From Candidatus Multivorans sp. (GTDB lineage: Bacteria; Acidobacteriota; Thermoanaerobaculia; Multivoradales; Multivoraceae): a stretch of 64,000 nt of DNA. Positions 20,657 through 30,166 of this stretch are shown here, in pieces (positions within the stretch are counted from its first letter, which is position 1; every line of letters begins with the position of its first letter). The stretch is taken from NCBI GenBank assembly GCA_965216125.1, contig OZ244152.1:899035-963034 (forward strand), written 5' to 3'. The notes beneath the pieces are model-generated. The model had not been told where the DNA came from and ran no database searches. It saw nothing but the letters and a program-made list of their open reading frames with translations. The position numbers were made by a program, and so were the translations under genes.

Positions 20657-21868
20657 CTACCCCCCGCCGCCGTTCAGAGTGCCCCAGGGCACCCTGCCCT
20701 GGGGATCGCGCAGGATGCGTCGTGCCACGACCATGCGGTGGACTTCGTCCGGGCCGTCGTATAGCCGCGCGTAACGCGCCTCGCGGTACATCTTCTCGAG
20801 CGGCGTGTCGCCGGTCACGCCGAGCGCGCCGTGGACCTGGATCGCGCGGTCGATCACGTTGTGCAGCATTCGCGCGCCCCAGAACTTGATCAGGGAGATC
20901 TCCACCCGCGCCCGGTCGCCCCGGTCCATCGCCTCGGCGGCGTCGAGGGTCATCAGCCGGGCAGCCTGGATTTCAGCCGCGGACTCGGCGATGTAACGCT
21001 GGATCTCGCCCTTCTCCGACAGGTAGGAGCCGTGCGCCCAGCGCGACTTGGCGCGCTCGCACATGAGTTCGAAGGCCCGCTGGGCCTGCCCCAGCCACCG
21101 CATGCAGTGGAAGATGCGGCCCGGGCCGAGACGCCTTTGGGCAATGACGAAGCCCTCGCCACGGCCACCGAGGAGGTTGTCCTTCGGAACCCGCACGTCG
21201 TTGTAGCGCACCTCGCAGTGCTGGCCGGCGGTGGTGCCCATCGTGGGCACCGCGCGCACGATCTCGTAGCCGGGCGTGTCCGTCGGCACGATGATCGACG
21301 AGAACTTGCGGTGGCCCTGAGCCTCCGGCTCGGTGAGAGCGAAGCAGGTCGTGAAGGCGGCCCGGCTGGCGCCGCTGGTGAACCACTTGTGGCCGTTGAT
21401 CACCCAGTCGTCGCCGTCGAGCACTGCTCGGGTCTGCATCAGGGTCGGATCGGAGCCGGCCACCTCCGGCTCGGTGAGGCCGACCGAAGGGTAGATATCG
21501 CCCGCCACCAGGGGTTTGAGCCACCGCTCCCTCTGCTCGTCGCTGGCGTACAGGTGGAGCATGATCGAGTCCTGCATCGACGCGGAGCCGACGGCAATCT
21601 GGCCGTAGTGGGAGCGGCCGATGATCTCGTTCAGGTAGACGAAGGACATGAGCGGCAGACCGCCGCCGCCGATCTCCGCCGGATGGCCCAGCGCCCACAG
21701 GCCCCGCTGCTTGGCCAGCGCCTTGAGTTCGGCCAGCCGGCCCCGGGTGCGGTCCTCTCCCGACTCCGACTCCAGGTCCGGCTCGGCCGGAATCACTTCG
21801 CCGTCGATGAACGCGCGCATCTGCTCGCGCAGTTCGACCACTTCGTCCGTCAGACCGTACCTGCCCAT
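20657..21868 (-). CDS. Acyl-CoA dehydrogenase family protein
   Basis: ACAD N/M/C domains (GLTEPEVAGSDPTLMQTRA; GHKWFTSGA; C-terminal helical domain); ATG at 21866-21868 with GGGAGG RBS. Confidence 0.85.
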   Translation of the reverse strand: MGRYGLTDEVVELREQMRAFIDGEVIPAEPDLESESGEDRTRGRLAELKALAKQRGLWALGHPAEIGGGGLPLMSFVYLNEIIGRSHYGQIAVGSASMQDSIMLHLYASDEQRERWLKPLVAGDIYPSVGLTEPEVAGSDPTLMQTRAVLDGDDWVINGHKWFTSGASRAAFTTCFALTEPEAQGHRKFSSIIVPTDTPGYEIVRAVPTMGTTAGQHCEVRYNDVRVPKDNLLGGRGEGFVIAQRRLGPGRIFHCMRWLGQAQRAFELMCERAKSRWAHGSYLSEKGEIQRYIAESAAEIQAARLMTLDAAEAMDRGDRARVEISLIKFWGARMLHNVIDRAIQVHGALGVTGDTPLEKMYREARYARLYDGPDEVHRMVVARRILRDPQGRVPWGTLNGGGG

Positions 21869-21981
21869 ACCTTGCCTCCCGTTCGACGCGTGTTCCAGAA
21901 CAGCCGCCGATGATGCCACAGCGAGTCGATCCGCGGTCTGGCCGACCGAGACCGTCAACGGTCTTAGGCGGATTGACCGAC

Positions 21982-23142
21982 TCACGGCCACAGCGCATCC
22001 TCCGCCAGTGCCCGGTGCAGATCGTCGAACGTCCAGACATCAATGCCGTCTTCGGTGCGGAACGATCGCCTGCCTCCGTACAGGAGAATCCTCCGGGTCA
22101 TGCCCTCCAGCTCGGCCACCGCACGCAAGCCGCGGAGTTGACCTGTGTGGTACCTGGCCTGTGACTTCACTTCGATCGCCAGCAACTCGCGGCCACGGCG
22201 CAAAAGGAAGTCCACCTCCGTGTGGGCCGCGGAGTGCGGGCTCCAGTAGTGGACCGCCTCGTACAGGTCGGTCTCCTCCCCGTGCGCTCGAAGCATGTGC
22301 AGCACCCATCCCTCGAGCAGCGTCCCGCGCTCCTCGGGCGCCACCGGACCGAGAGTCCGCTTCGTTGCCCGGACCATCCCCGGGTCGATCCAGTACAGCT
22401 TCGGATGACGGCGCTCGCGCACCCGCAGCTTCGCTTCGAAGGCGGGTAGCCTGTACGCCAGCAGGGTGTCCTCCAGGATGTCGAGGTATCCCTGCACGGT
22501 GGCTCGGGCAACCCCGCAGTCGCGCGCGATGCCCGAGACGTTGACGGTGGCTCCATGGCAAACCGCGGCGACCGGCAGGAAGCGGGCGAAGCCGGCCAGG
22601 TTCCGAACCAGCGCCTCGGCGCGAATCTCCTCACGCAAGTAGAGCTGTACGTAGCTCTCGAGCGTCGCGCGCCGGTCTTCGGCCGTCCAAACCAGCGGAA
22701 CCGTCCCCCATCGAAGCGCGGTCTCCAAGTCGAAGTCGCCGCCAAGCTCCGCCGGCGTCAGAGGGTGCATCAACCGGCGCAGCGCTCGCCCAGCCAGCAG
22801 GTTCACTCCCGCCGCCTTCAGCTTGCGGGCGCTCGAGCCCAGGAGCGCGAAGCGGAGCCCACGCTCCTCGATGAACCGATGGACCTCGTTCAGCAGGTTC
22901 GGCAGGCGCTGGATCTCATCGACCACGACCCAGCCTCCTGGGGGAACCGACCGCAGTTCCGCCGCGAACAGTGACGGATCGACCAGGTAGTCCTGGTATC
23001 GCGCCTCGTCCAACAGGTCGATCCGGTGCGCCTCGGTGAGGTTCCGGCGCGCCCAGGTGCTCTTGCCGACCCCGCGGACGCCAAGCAGGAAGAAGCTCCC
23101 GCCCGGAACTCGCGACAGCCGTGGATAGGGTTTGTTGTACAT
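21982..23142 (-). CDS. AAA+ ATPase with DUF4143 C-terminal domain (COG1373-like)
   Basis: 386 aa; P-loop GVRGVGKST; Walker B VVVDEIQ; C-terminal DUF4143-like region. Confidence 0.7.
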   Translation of the reverse strand: MYNKPYPRLSRVPGGSFFLLGVRGVGKSTWARRNLTEAHRIDLLDEARYQDYLVDPSLFAAELRSVPPGGWVVVDEIQRLPNLLNEVHRFIEERGLRFALLGSSARKLKAAGVNLLAGRALRRLMHPLTPAELGGDFDLETALRWGTVPLVWTAEDRRATLESYVQLYLREEIRAEALVRNLAGFARFLPVAAVCHGATVNVSGIARDCGVARATVQGYLDILEDTLLAYRLPAFEAKLRVRERRHPKLYWIDPGMVRATKRTLGPVAPEERGTLLEGWVLHMLRAHGEETDLYEAVHYWSPHSAAHTEVDFLLRRGRELLAIEVKSQARYHTGQLRGLRAVAELEGMTRRILLYGGRRSFRTEDGIDVWTFDDLHRALAEDALWP

Positions 23143-23395
23143 GATGCCGTCACTTTTCCCGGAAATATGACGACATCATGGCACACCCGAGCCGCTCCAA
23201 GCCTGGAACTATCGGAGTTGCCAGCCGCCAGCTTCCGCGGCGAGCACGATCTGCGCGCATGCAAGGGCGTCCGAACCGGCGTCATGGTGCCGGATGTTGG
23301 CAACGCTCGAAAAGTGAGCCACCCACCGTTTGGAAAGTGAGCCACCTCGGCCGTGTTGAGTGTACGCGAGTCTTCTCTCGTCGGTCCCCTTGAGT

Positions 23396-23527
23396 CAGTA
23401 GCCGTAGCGTCTGCGGTAGCTGTGGGAAACCGGTCTGCCGGTTTTCCAAGGCGGTGCGGGAAACGGTCTGCCGTTTTCCGTGGCGCCGGCAGCTTCCGCA
23501 GCCGGCGGCCGTTGCGGTGCTCTCAGG
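23396..23527. repeat. REP-like dual-hairpin repeat element, copy A (second copy at 45688..45823)
   Basis: ~80% identity over ~135 nt to 45688..45823; contains two near-identical hairpins GGGAAACCGGTCTGCCGGTTTTCC and GGGAAACGGTCTGCCGTTTTCC. Confidence 0.7.
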
Positions 23528-23700
23528 GGCGGCGCCGGAAGCGCGACAAGGCGAGGGGAGGGCGGCTGATCACGACGTGGCGGTCGCCCTCGGGAGACCC
23601 GCATGGAATCTCCGAGCGACCGCAGGAGTGCTACCTCGCCTCCCCAGCGCGGGCGCTTGCAATGCCCTCGAAATGCCTGCGCACGCCAGTCGAAACCAAC

Positions 23701-24525
23701 CTAACCGTACCGACCCTCGATGTAGGCCGCGGTCTGGCTGTTCGCCGGGTTCAGGAACATCGACGCCGTGTCGCTGTGCTCGACCATCTCGCCGAGCAGC
23801 ATGAAGACGCACTCCTCGCTCGCGCGGCGGGCCTGCGCCATGTTGTGGGTGACGATCAGAATCGTGTAGTCGCCACGCAGCTTCCAGATCAGCTCCTCGA
23901 CCGCCTCCGTGCCGGCGGGGTCGAGCGCCGAACAGGGCTCGTCCATGAGCAGGAGCTTCGGTTTGACCGGCAGCAACCGGGCGATGCAGAGCTTCTGCTG
24001 CTGCTCGAGCGAGAGTTCGGTACCTCGGCGGTCGAGCGAGTCCTTCAACTCGTCCCAGAGCAGAACCTCGCGCAGCGCCTTCTCGACGATCCGGTCGCCT
24101 TCGGCCCTGGTCGGCGGACGCTCGTTCGGGCGGTGGACCTGGGTGCCGAACAGCACGTTGTCGCGGACCGACAGCGGCAGCGGGTTCGGACGCTGGAAGA
24201 CCATGCCGACCTGCTTGCGAAGCTGAGCCAGCTCGACCTCCGGGGCGTAGACGTCCAGGCCCCAGAGCCGGATGCTCCCCGACGTGCGCACATACGGAAG
24301 GCGTTCATTGATCCGGTTGACCGAGCGAAGCAGCGTCGTCTTGCCGCAGCCCGAGGGGCCGATCAGGGAGGTGATCGCGCCAGCCTTCACGTTCAGGTCG
24401 ACATCGAACAGGGCCTGGAAGTCTCCGTACCAGAGACTCAGCTTCTCGATCAGGATCGCGGCGGCCGCATCGGCAGCCGCGGGCATCGCTTCGCTCGCTG
24501 GAGTCGCGCGTGTCGCCTCGGTCAT
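23701..24525 (-). CDS. pstB: Phosphate ABC transporter ATP-binding protein PstB
   Basis: 274 aa from ATG 24523-24525; Walker A GPSGCGKTT, signature LSLEQQQKLCIARLL, Walker B LLLMDEP, H-loop VTHNM; PstB-type C-terminus. Confidence 0.9.
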   Translation of the reverse strand: MTEATRATPASEAMPAAADAAAAILIEKLSLWYGDFQALFDVDLNVKAGAITSLIGPSGCGKTTLLRSVNRINERLPYVRTSGSIRLWGLDVYAPEVELAQLRKQVGMVFQRPNPLPLSVRDNVLFGTQVHRPNERPPTRAEGDRIVEKALREVLLWDELKDSLDRRGTELSLEQQQKLCIARLLPVKPKLLLMDEPCSALDPAGTEAVEELIWKLRGDYTILIVTHNMAQARRASEECVFMLLGEMVEHSDTASMFLNPANSQTAAYIEGRYG

Positions 24526-25310
24526 CCGAACTTCCCTTCGACGTACGCGGTGGTCCGCGGATCCTGGGCGCCGCCCTCGAACATCGTCTCCGTTTCCGTG
24601 ACCTCGACCAGCTCGCCGGTGAGGAAGAAGGCGGTCTGCGAAGCCAGCCGCCGCGCCTGCTGCACGAGGTTCGTGACCAGCACGATCGTCATCTCGGACT
24701 TGAGCTCCGACAGCACCTCCTCGATCCGCATCGTGGTCACCGGGTCGACCGCGATCGAGAACTCGTCGAGCAGCAGGATCGACGGATCCTGGGACAGCGC
24801 GCGGGCGATCGTCAGCCGCTGCTGCTGGCCGCCCGAGAGCAGGCTGCCCAGGGAGTCGAGCCGGTCCTTCACCTCGTCCCAGAGCGCGGCCCGCCGCAGG
24901 CAGCGTTCGACGATGACGTCCAGGTCGGCCTTCTTCCGCGTGCCGCGCAGCCGCGACGACAGCGCGACGTTGTCGTAGACCGTCATCGGCAACCCCACCG
25001 GCAGCGGGAACACGACGCCGATTCGCTGCCGCAGGGCATACGGATTGCGCCAACTGCGGACGTCCCGGCCCTCGACGCGCACCGCGCCCTCAACCGTCAT
25101 GCCCGCCGTCATCAGGTCCATCCGGTTGATGGCGCGCAGAAAGGACGTCTTGCCGCTGTTCGCCGGTCCGATGACGCCGAAGATCTCGTGCCTTGGCACC
25201 TGGAGCGTCACGCCCGAAAGCGCCAACTGCCCCTGGTAGCGGATCGCCAGGTCGATGACTTCGATCGCGAAGTCGGAGTCGGCGCTCGCCGGCGCGGAAC
25301 CACTCACCAC
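24522..25310 (-). CDS. Second PstB-like ABC ATPase with degenerate motifs
   Basis: ~262 aa; GTG start overlapping the pstA stop; Walker A GPANSGKTS, signature LSGGQQQRLTIARAL, LLLDEFSIAVDP, H-loop His replaced (LVTNLVQQA). Listed 527-aa ORF is a read-through artefact. Confidence 0.7.
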   Translation of the reverse strand: MVSGSAPASADSDFAIEVIDLAIRYQGQLALSGVTLQVPRHEIFGVIGPANSGKTSFLRAINRMDLMTAGMTVEGAVRVEGRDVRSWRNPYALRQRIGVVFPLPVGLPMTVYDNVALSSRLRGTRKKADLDVIVERCLRRAALWDEVKDRLDSLGSLLSGGQQQRLTIARALSQDPSILLLDEFSIAVDPVTTMRIEEVLSELKSEMTIVLVTNLVQQARRLASQTAFFLTGELVEVTETETMFEGGAQDPRTTAYVEGKFG

Positions 25311-26173
25311 TTCTTGCGGCCCCGCAGGTAGACCCGGAAAGCGATGGAGAGCCCGTTCATCGCCAGCACCATGGAAATCAGCACCAGGGCGACGCCGAAG
25401 GGCAGGTGCTCGGGCACGTCCGGCACCTGGGTCGAGATGACGAACAGGTGGAGCGACATCGCCATCGTCTGGTCGAGCACCCCCTGCGGCAGGAACGGGA
25501 GGAAGAACGCGGCGCCGGTGAACATGATCGGCGCGGTCTCGCCGGCGGTGCGGGAGACCTCGAGGATGACGCCGGTCAGGATGCCGCTGACCGAGTTGGG
25601 CAGCACGACCTTGCGGATCGTCTGCCAGCGCGTCGCGCCCATGTTCCAGCACGCCTCGCGGAAGGCGAGCGGCACTGTCTGGAGCGACTCCCTGGTGGCG
25701 ACGATGACCACCGGCAGGGTCATCACCGCCAGGGTGAGGCTCGCGGCCAGGATGCTGGTGCCGAAGCGGAAGAAGATGACGAAGGCGCCTAAGCCGAACA
25801 GCGCATGGACGATCGACGGCACGCCCGCCAGGTTGATGATCGCGAGGTTGATGGCACGGGTCAGCCGGTTGTCCGGTGCGTATTCGCTCAGGTAGAGGGC
25901 CGCAGCCACGCCGACCGGCACCGAGGCGAGCAGGGCCACGACCACCAGCCACACGGTGCCGATCAGGGCGGGCAGGACGCCGCCCGCCGTCATCCCCTGG
26001 GTCGGCGACGTGAACAGGAACTCCCAGGAGATCGCCGGACCGCCCCGGTAGATCAGCACGCCGAGGATGAGGGCGACCGGCAGGATGAGCATGCAGGTCA
26101 TCCACAGGAACAGGAGCCGGAACAGACTCTCCACCTTCCGGTTGCGCCGGTTGCGCTCGGTCGCCTCGAACAC
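25304..26173 (-). CDS. pstA: Phosphate ABC transporter permease PstA
   Basis: 289 aa; 6 TM; EAA-like loop; operon position. Confidence 0.88.
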   Translation of the reverse strand: MFEATERNRRNRKVESLFRLLFLWMTCMLILPVALILGVLIYRGGPAISWEFLFTSPTQGMTAGGVLPALIGTVWLVVVALLASVPVGVAAALYLSEYAPDNRLTRAINLAIINLAGVPSIVHALFGLGAFVIFFRFGTSILAASLTLAVMTLPVVIVATRESLQTVPLAFREACWNMGATRWQTIRKVVLPNSVSGILTGVILEVSRTAGETAPIMFTGAAFFLPFLPQGVLDQTMAMSLHLFVISTQVPDVPEHLPFGVALVLISMVLAMNGLSIAFRVYLRGRKKW

Positions 26174-26192
26174 GCGCTTCCTCCTTCAGTCC

Positions 26193-27146
26193 CTACGGGT
26201 TCGCCGAAGCGGCCGGGCGGCGGCCCCGGCGGCGGCGCTTGCGCCCGCCGCCACGAACGAAGACATCGGCCGCGAAGTTGATGGCGAAGGTCACGATGAA
26301 CAGGAAGATGCCGAGCGTGAACAGCGCCTGGTAGTGGTCGGAGCCGGCGGCCGTCTCGCCGAGTTCGGCGGCGATGGTCGCGGTCAGCGCCCGCACCGAG
26401 TCGAAGGGGCTGGTCGGCAGGTTGATCGAGTGGCCGCTCGCCATGAGCACCGCCATCGTCTCGCCGAAGCCGCGCCCGACACCGAGCAGCGTGGCCGCCA
26501 CCAGACCGTTGCGGGCGGCCGGCAGCACGACCTTGAAGGTCACCTGCCAGCGCGTGGCGCCCATCGCCTCGGCGGCCTCCCGGTAGCCGTCGGGCACCGC
26601 CTTGAGCGCGTCCTCGGCGATCGTGGTCATGATCGGCGCCGCCATCAGACCCAGGATGATCCCGGAGTTCAGTACGTTGAGGCCCACCGGCACGTCGAAG
26701 ATCTGGATGATCAACGGGTTCATGATCGAGAGACCGATGAACCCCCAGACCACGGACGGGATAGCGGCCAGGAGCTCCACCAGCACCTTGAGCGTCTCGC
26801 GCACGCGGCCGGTGGCGAACTCGCCAATGTAGATCGCGGCACCGAGCGAGAAGGGCACCGACACGACCATTGCGAGCCCCGTCACCGAGGCCGTGCCCGC
26901 GATCAGGGCCAGCGCGCCGTACGTCGCGTTGTGGTTCGAGGTCGGCGTCCAGCGCGGCGACAAGAAGAACTCGCGGAACTCGAAGCGGTCGAAGACGAAG
27001 CCGGCGCCTTCCCGCGTGATGAACAGGAAGATGCCGACAATGAAGACGATCGCCGACAGGCCGCCCGCAAGGACGAGGACCTGCACCGCCCGGTCGATCC
27101 ACCAGGCGGCATTACGCCGATCGGCCGCCTGCGCTAGCTCAGGCAC
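26193..27146 (-). CDS. pstC: Phosphate ABC transporter permease PstC
   Basis: 317 aa; multi-TM permease; position between pstS and pstA. Confidence 0.88.
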   Translation of the reverse strand: MPELAQAADRRNAAWWIDRAVQVLVLAGGLSAIVFIVGIFLFITREGAGFVFDRFEFREFFLSPRWTPTSNHNATYGALALIAGTASVTGLAMVVSVPFSLGAAIYIGEFATGRVRETLKVLVELLAAIPSVVWGFIGLSIMNPLIIQIFDVPVGLNVLNSGIILGLMAAPIMTTIAEDALKAVPDGYREAAEAMGATRWQVTFKVVLPAARNGLVAATLLGVGRGFGETMAVLMASGHSINLPTSPFDSVRALTATIAAELGETAAGSDHYQALFTLGIFLFIVTFAINFAADVFVRGGGRKRRRRGRRPAASANP

Positions 27147-27208
27147 GCCGGCCGCCGGGAAACTGCGGACGCCGCGTCATGCTGGAGTTTACTGCTTGGA
27201 GGCTCTGT

Positions 27209-28093
27209 TCAGGGACAGTTCACGTCGCCGTGCGGCGCGTAGCCCTTCTCATAGATGATGCACTGGCCCTCGTCGCTCAACACCCAGTCGATGTAGTCGC
27301 CGATGGCGCCCTCGGGCTCGCCGGCGGTGTACATCAACAGGGGACGGGCGATCGGGTAGGACTCGTCGATCGCGGTCTCGACCGAAGGAGATACGCACTC
27401 GCCGTCCTCGCCCTCCTTGACGCAGGGCATCTTGATGTGGTCCGTCGCGTAGGCGAGGCCGCTGTAGCCGATCGCGCAGGGCGTGTTCTCGACCAGGTCG
27501 ACCACATCCTTGGAGCCGTGCATGTCGCGCGAACCGAGCTTGAAGTCGCGCTGGTCGCCGAGCACCGCGTCACGAAAGTAGACGTAGGTGCCGGAGTTGT
27601 TCTGGCGGCTGACGCGGACGACCTCGTCGCTGCTGCAGCCCGGCACCTCGACGCCGAGCTGGCGCCACGTCTCGATACCGCCGCCCTCGCCGTAGAGCTC
27701 GGCCAACTGCTCGAGCGAGACCTCGCCGAGCGGGTTGTCGGGATGGACGAACACCGCCACCGCGTCGAAGCCGACGACGAACTCGATCGGTTCGTTACCG
27801 TTTTCCCGCGCCAACTCGATCTCGGAGTCCTTCATGCGCCGGCTGGAGTTCGCGATGTCGACGGTGCCGTTGATCATCGCCGAGATGCCCGTGCCCGAGC
27901 CGCCGCCGGTCACCGCAACGGCGGTGCCGGGAACCAAGGCGGCGTAGTTCTCCGCCCACGCCTGAGCGACGTTGACCAGGGTGTCCGAACCCTTGTTCTG
28001 GATCACATTGCGGGAACTGCCGCCTCCGCAGGCAACAACCAGGGCGGCAAGCACCAGACTGCATGCGCTGGAGGTGACTTTCGCGGTCTTCAT
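27209..28093 (-). CDS. pstS: Phosphate-binding protein PstS (lipoprotein)
   Basis: Start ATG 28091-28093 (MKTAKV…LAALVVACGGGS lipobox); PBP-like fold (VAVTGGGSGTGISAMINGTVDIANSSR). Confidence 0.88.
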   Translation of the reverse strand: MKTAKVTSSACSLVLAALVVACGGGSSRNVIQNKGSDTLVNVAQAWAENYAALVPGTAVAVTGGGSGTGISAMINGTVDIANSSRRMKDSEIELARENGNEPIEFVVGFDAVAVFVHPDNPLGEVSLEQLAELYGEGGGIETWRQLGVEVPGCSSDEVVRVSRQNNSGTYVYFRDAVLGDQRDFKLGSRDMHGSKDVVDLVENTPCAIGYSGLAYATDHIKMPCVKEGEDGECVSPSVETAIDESYPIARPLLMYTAGEPEGAIGDYIDWVLSDEGQCIIYEKGYAPHGDVNCP

Positions 28094-28190
28094 AAATGGC
28101 AAATCTCGTGTTGTCGAACAGCTTTCTCTGACCGCGCAGCGTACCCCACGGCAGGTGAACAACTGGTAAAGATCTACACGCCTCCAACGC

Positions 28191-29504
28191 TCAGAAGTAG
28201 GCGGTCAGGGACGACCACGCCACCACCGGCACCGCCCCGTACTCACTGCCGAGCACACCGTCCCGGATGCCGCGGCCGGTCGACACGATCAGGCCCGCGT
28301 TGACGGACACCTGGTCGGACACGGACCAGGCGATGCCGGGCTGAAACAGCGCCGAGGAATCCTCCCGGTTGAAGAGCACAGCGCCCGAGACAGTCAGCAG
28401 CGGATGGGCCTGCCAGCCGAGCGAGAGGCCGGCGTAGCGGCGGCCGAGCGACACGACTTCGCCGCGGCTTACGCGGTCGGCGCCGGCAAGCCGCGCGTAG
28501 TCCCCGGGGTCGCCGGCGCCGAAGCCGTTCCAGCTCGCCTCGGCGATCAGCGTCAGGGTCGGCGTCAGCAGCCGGTCGACGCCGACCGTAAAGCGCCAGA
28601 AATCGCCGCAGCCGAACACCGGGTGAGCGCTCCGGGGGTCGCAGCCCGGACTGGTCCAGGAGACTTCGCCGCGCAGGCCGGTGCCGCAGACATCGGCCGA
28701 GAAGAAGCCGCCGAGAACCAGGTCGCGGTGGAAGCCGCCGACCATGTAGCCGAAGTCGAGGCTCGAGCCGCCCTCGCCGAGGTCGCTGTGGAAGCGGCCC
28801 AGGGAGGCGAAGCTCAGGTCGTCGGGGGTCTGCGCGCCCTGGCTGGCCGCGATGACCTCGACCTCGGAGAAGTCGCCCACCGGCACGGTGAACCGCAGCG
28901 CGTCGACTCCGGGTTTGTAGTCGCGATCGATGCGCTGCGGCGCGAACGGAGCGAACAGGTCGAGCACGGGCCAGAAGTAGTTCACTCCCCAGGTGATCGC
29001 CTGACGCCCGAACACCATCCGGAAGCCGGGCCGGTCCCAGCGCAGGTTGAAGCGGTCGATCTCGGTGGCCCCGGCCACATCGCCGCCGCCGAAGGAGTCG
29101 GACTCGAGGTCGAAGAAGCGCCGCGTGGCGCCGGTCGCCACCGACGTCACGGAGCCGCTGCCAGGTGGCGACAACGCCTGCGCCACACCGTGCACCTCGA
29201 GGCGGAAGTCGTCGCGGGATCCCGCCCGCCACCGGGAATCGAGCTTGAGCCGGAGGATCCCGAGCCCTGTGCCGCCGGCGCCGCCGATCGCAGTGTCCCC
29301 GGCGGCCGTGCCCCCGGCGGAGGTGTCCCCGTCGCCGCCCAGGTCGATCTCCTCCAGGACCTGGAAGGCGAACATCCGCACGTCGCCGCCCACCGTCGTC
29401 TGCCCAGCCGACGGCGTTGCCGCGGCCAGCAGCAGCACCCCGGCCACCGCGCCGGCCGGCCAGGACAGCCCGTCAGCGGCGCTCGTCGCTCGCGACGCTG
29501 CCAT
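28191..29504 (-). CDS. Putative outer-membrane beta-barrel protein, unknown function
   Basis: 437 aa; signal peptide; Gly/Ser/Thr-rich with alternating hydrophobics; C-terminal …SSLTAYF (terminal aromatic). Confidence 0.45.
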   Translation of the reverse strand: MAASRATSAADGLSWPAGAVAGVLLLAAATPSAGQTTVGGDVRMFAFQVLEEIDLGGDGDTSAGGTAAGDTAIGGAGGTGLGILRLKLDSRWRAGSRDDFRLEVHGVAQALSPPGSGSVTSVATGATRRFFDLESDSFGGGDVAGATEIDRFNLRWDRPGFRMVFGRQAITWGVNYFWPVLDLFAPFAPQRIDRDYKPGVDALRFTVPVGDFSEVEVIAASQGAQTPDDLSFASLGRFHSDLGEGGSSLDFGYMVGGFHRDLVLGGFFSADVCGTGLRGEVSWTSPGCDPRSAHPVFGCGDFWRFTVGVDRLLTPTLTLIAEASWNGFGAGDPGDYARLAGADRVSRGEVVSLGRRYAGLSLGWQAHPLLTVSGAVLFNREDSSALFQPGIAWSVSDQVSVNAGLIVSTGRGIRDGVLGSEYGAVPVVAWSSLTAYF

Positions 29505-30165
29505 CGACCAGGCGCACCACCCGGCGCGCCCGTTCCATCACCTGTGGATCGTGGGTCGAGAACAGGAAGGTCACACCCTGCTCCCGGTTGAGCGTCTCCA
29601 TCAAGCCCAGCAGGGTCTCCGCGGTCTCGGAGTCGACGTTCGCGGTCGGCTCGTCGGCGAGCACCACCGCGGGATTGCTGGCGATGGCGCGGGCGATCGC
29701 GACCCGCTGCTGCTGCCCGCCCGAAAGCTCCGAGGGCCGGCGGTTCTCCATGCCCTTGAGCCCCACCTGTTCGAGCAGACCCATCACCCGTTCGCGACGG
29801 GTCGCCGCGTCGACGCCCTGGACCCAGAGCACCATCTCGGCGTTCTCGTACGCCGTGAGCACCGGCATCAGGTTGTAGGCCTGGAACACGAAGCCGATCC
29901 GGTCGCGCCGCAGGGCGCTCAACTGCTTCTTGTTCAGGCCGCCCAGCTCCTGCCCCTCGATCACGATCGAGCCCGAGGTCACTCCGTCGAGCGCCCCGAT
30001 CAGGTTCAGGCTGGTCGTCTTGCCGGAGCCGGAAGGCCCGCAGATGGCGGTGAACTCACCGGGTTCGATGTCCAGGGAGAGGCCCCGCAGGGCGTGGATG
30101 TCCACGCTGCCCTGCCGGTAGACCTTGGTCACGTCCCGGAGAGAGATGATCGGATCGCCGCCCAC
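29473..30165 (-). CDS. LolD/MacB-type ABC transporter ATP-binding protein
   Basis: ~230 aa from GTG 30163-30165 (AAGGTGG RBS); ISLRDVTKVY; Walker A GPSGSGKTT; LSGGQQQRVAIARA; LADEPTANVD. Confidence 0.85.
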   Translation of the reverse strand: MGGDPIISLRDVTKVYRQGSVDIHALRGLSLDIEPGEFTAICGPSGSGKTTSLNLIGALDGVTSGSIVIEGQELGGLNKKQLSALRRDRIGFVFQAYNLMPVLTAYENAEMVLWVQGVDAATRRERVMGLLEQVGLKGMENRRPSELSGGQQQRVAIARAIASNPAVVLADEPTANVDSETAETLLGLMETLNREQGVTFLFSTHDPQVMERARRVVRLVDGSVASDERR

Positions 30166-30166
30166 T

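Noticed and set aside
24522-26105. 527-aa ORF
   Set aside because: Read-through of the second PstB-like gene into the pstA region in another frame; real start is GTG ~25310 overlapping the pstA stop.
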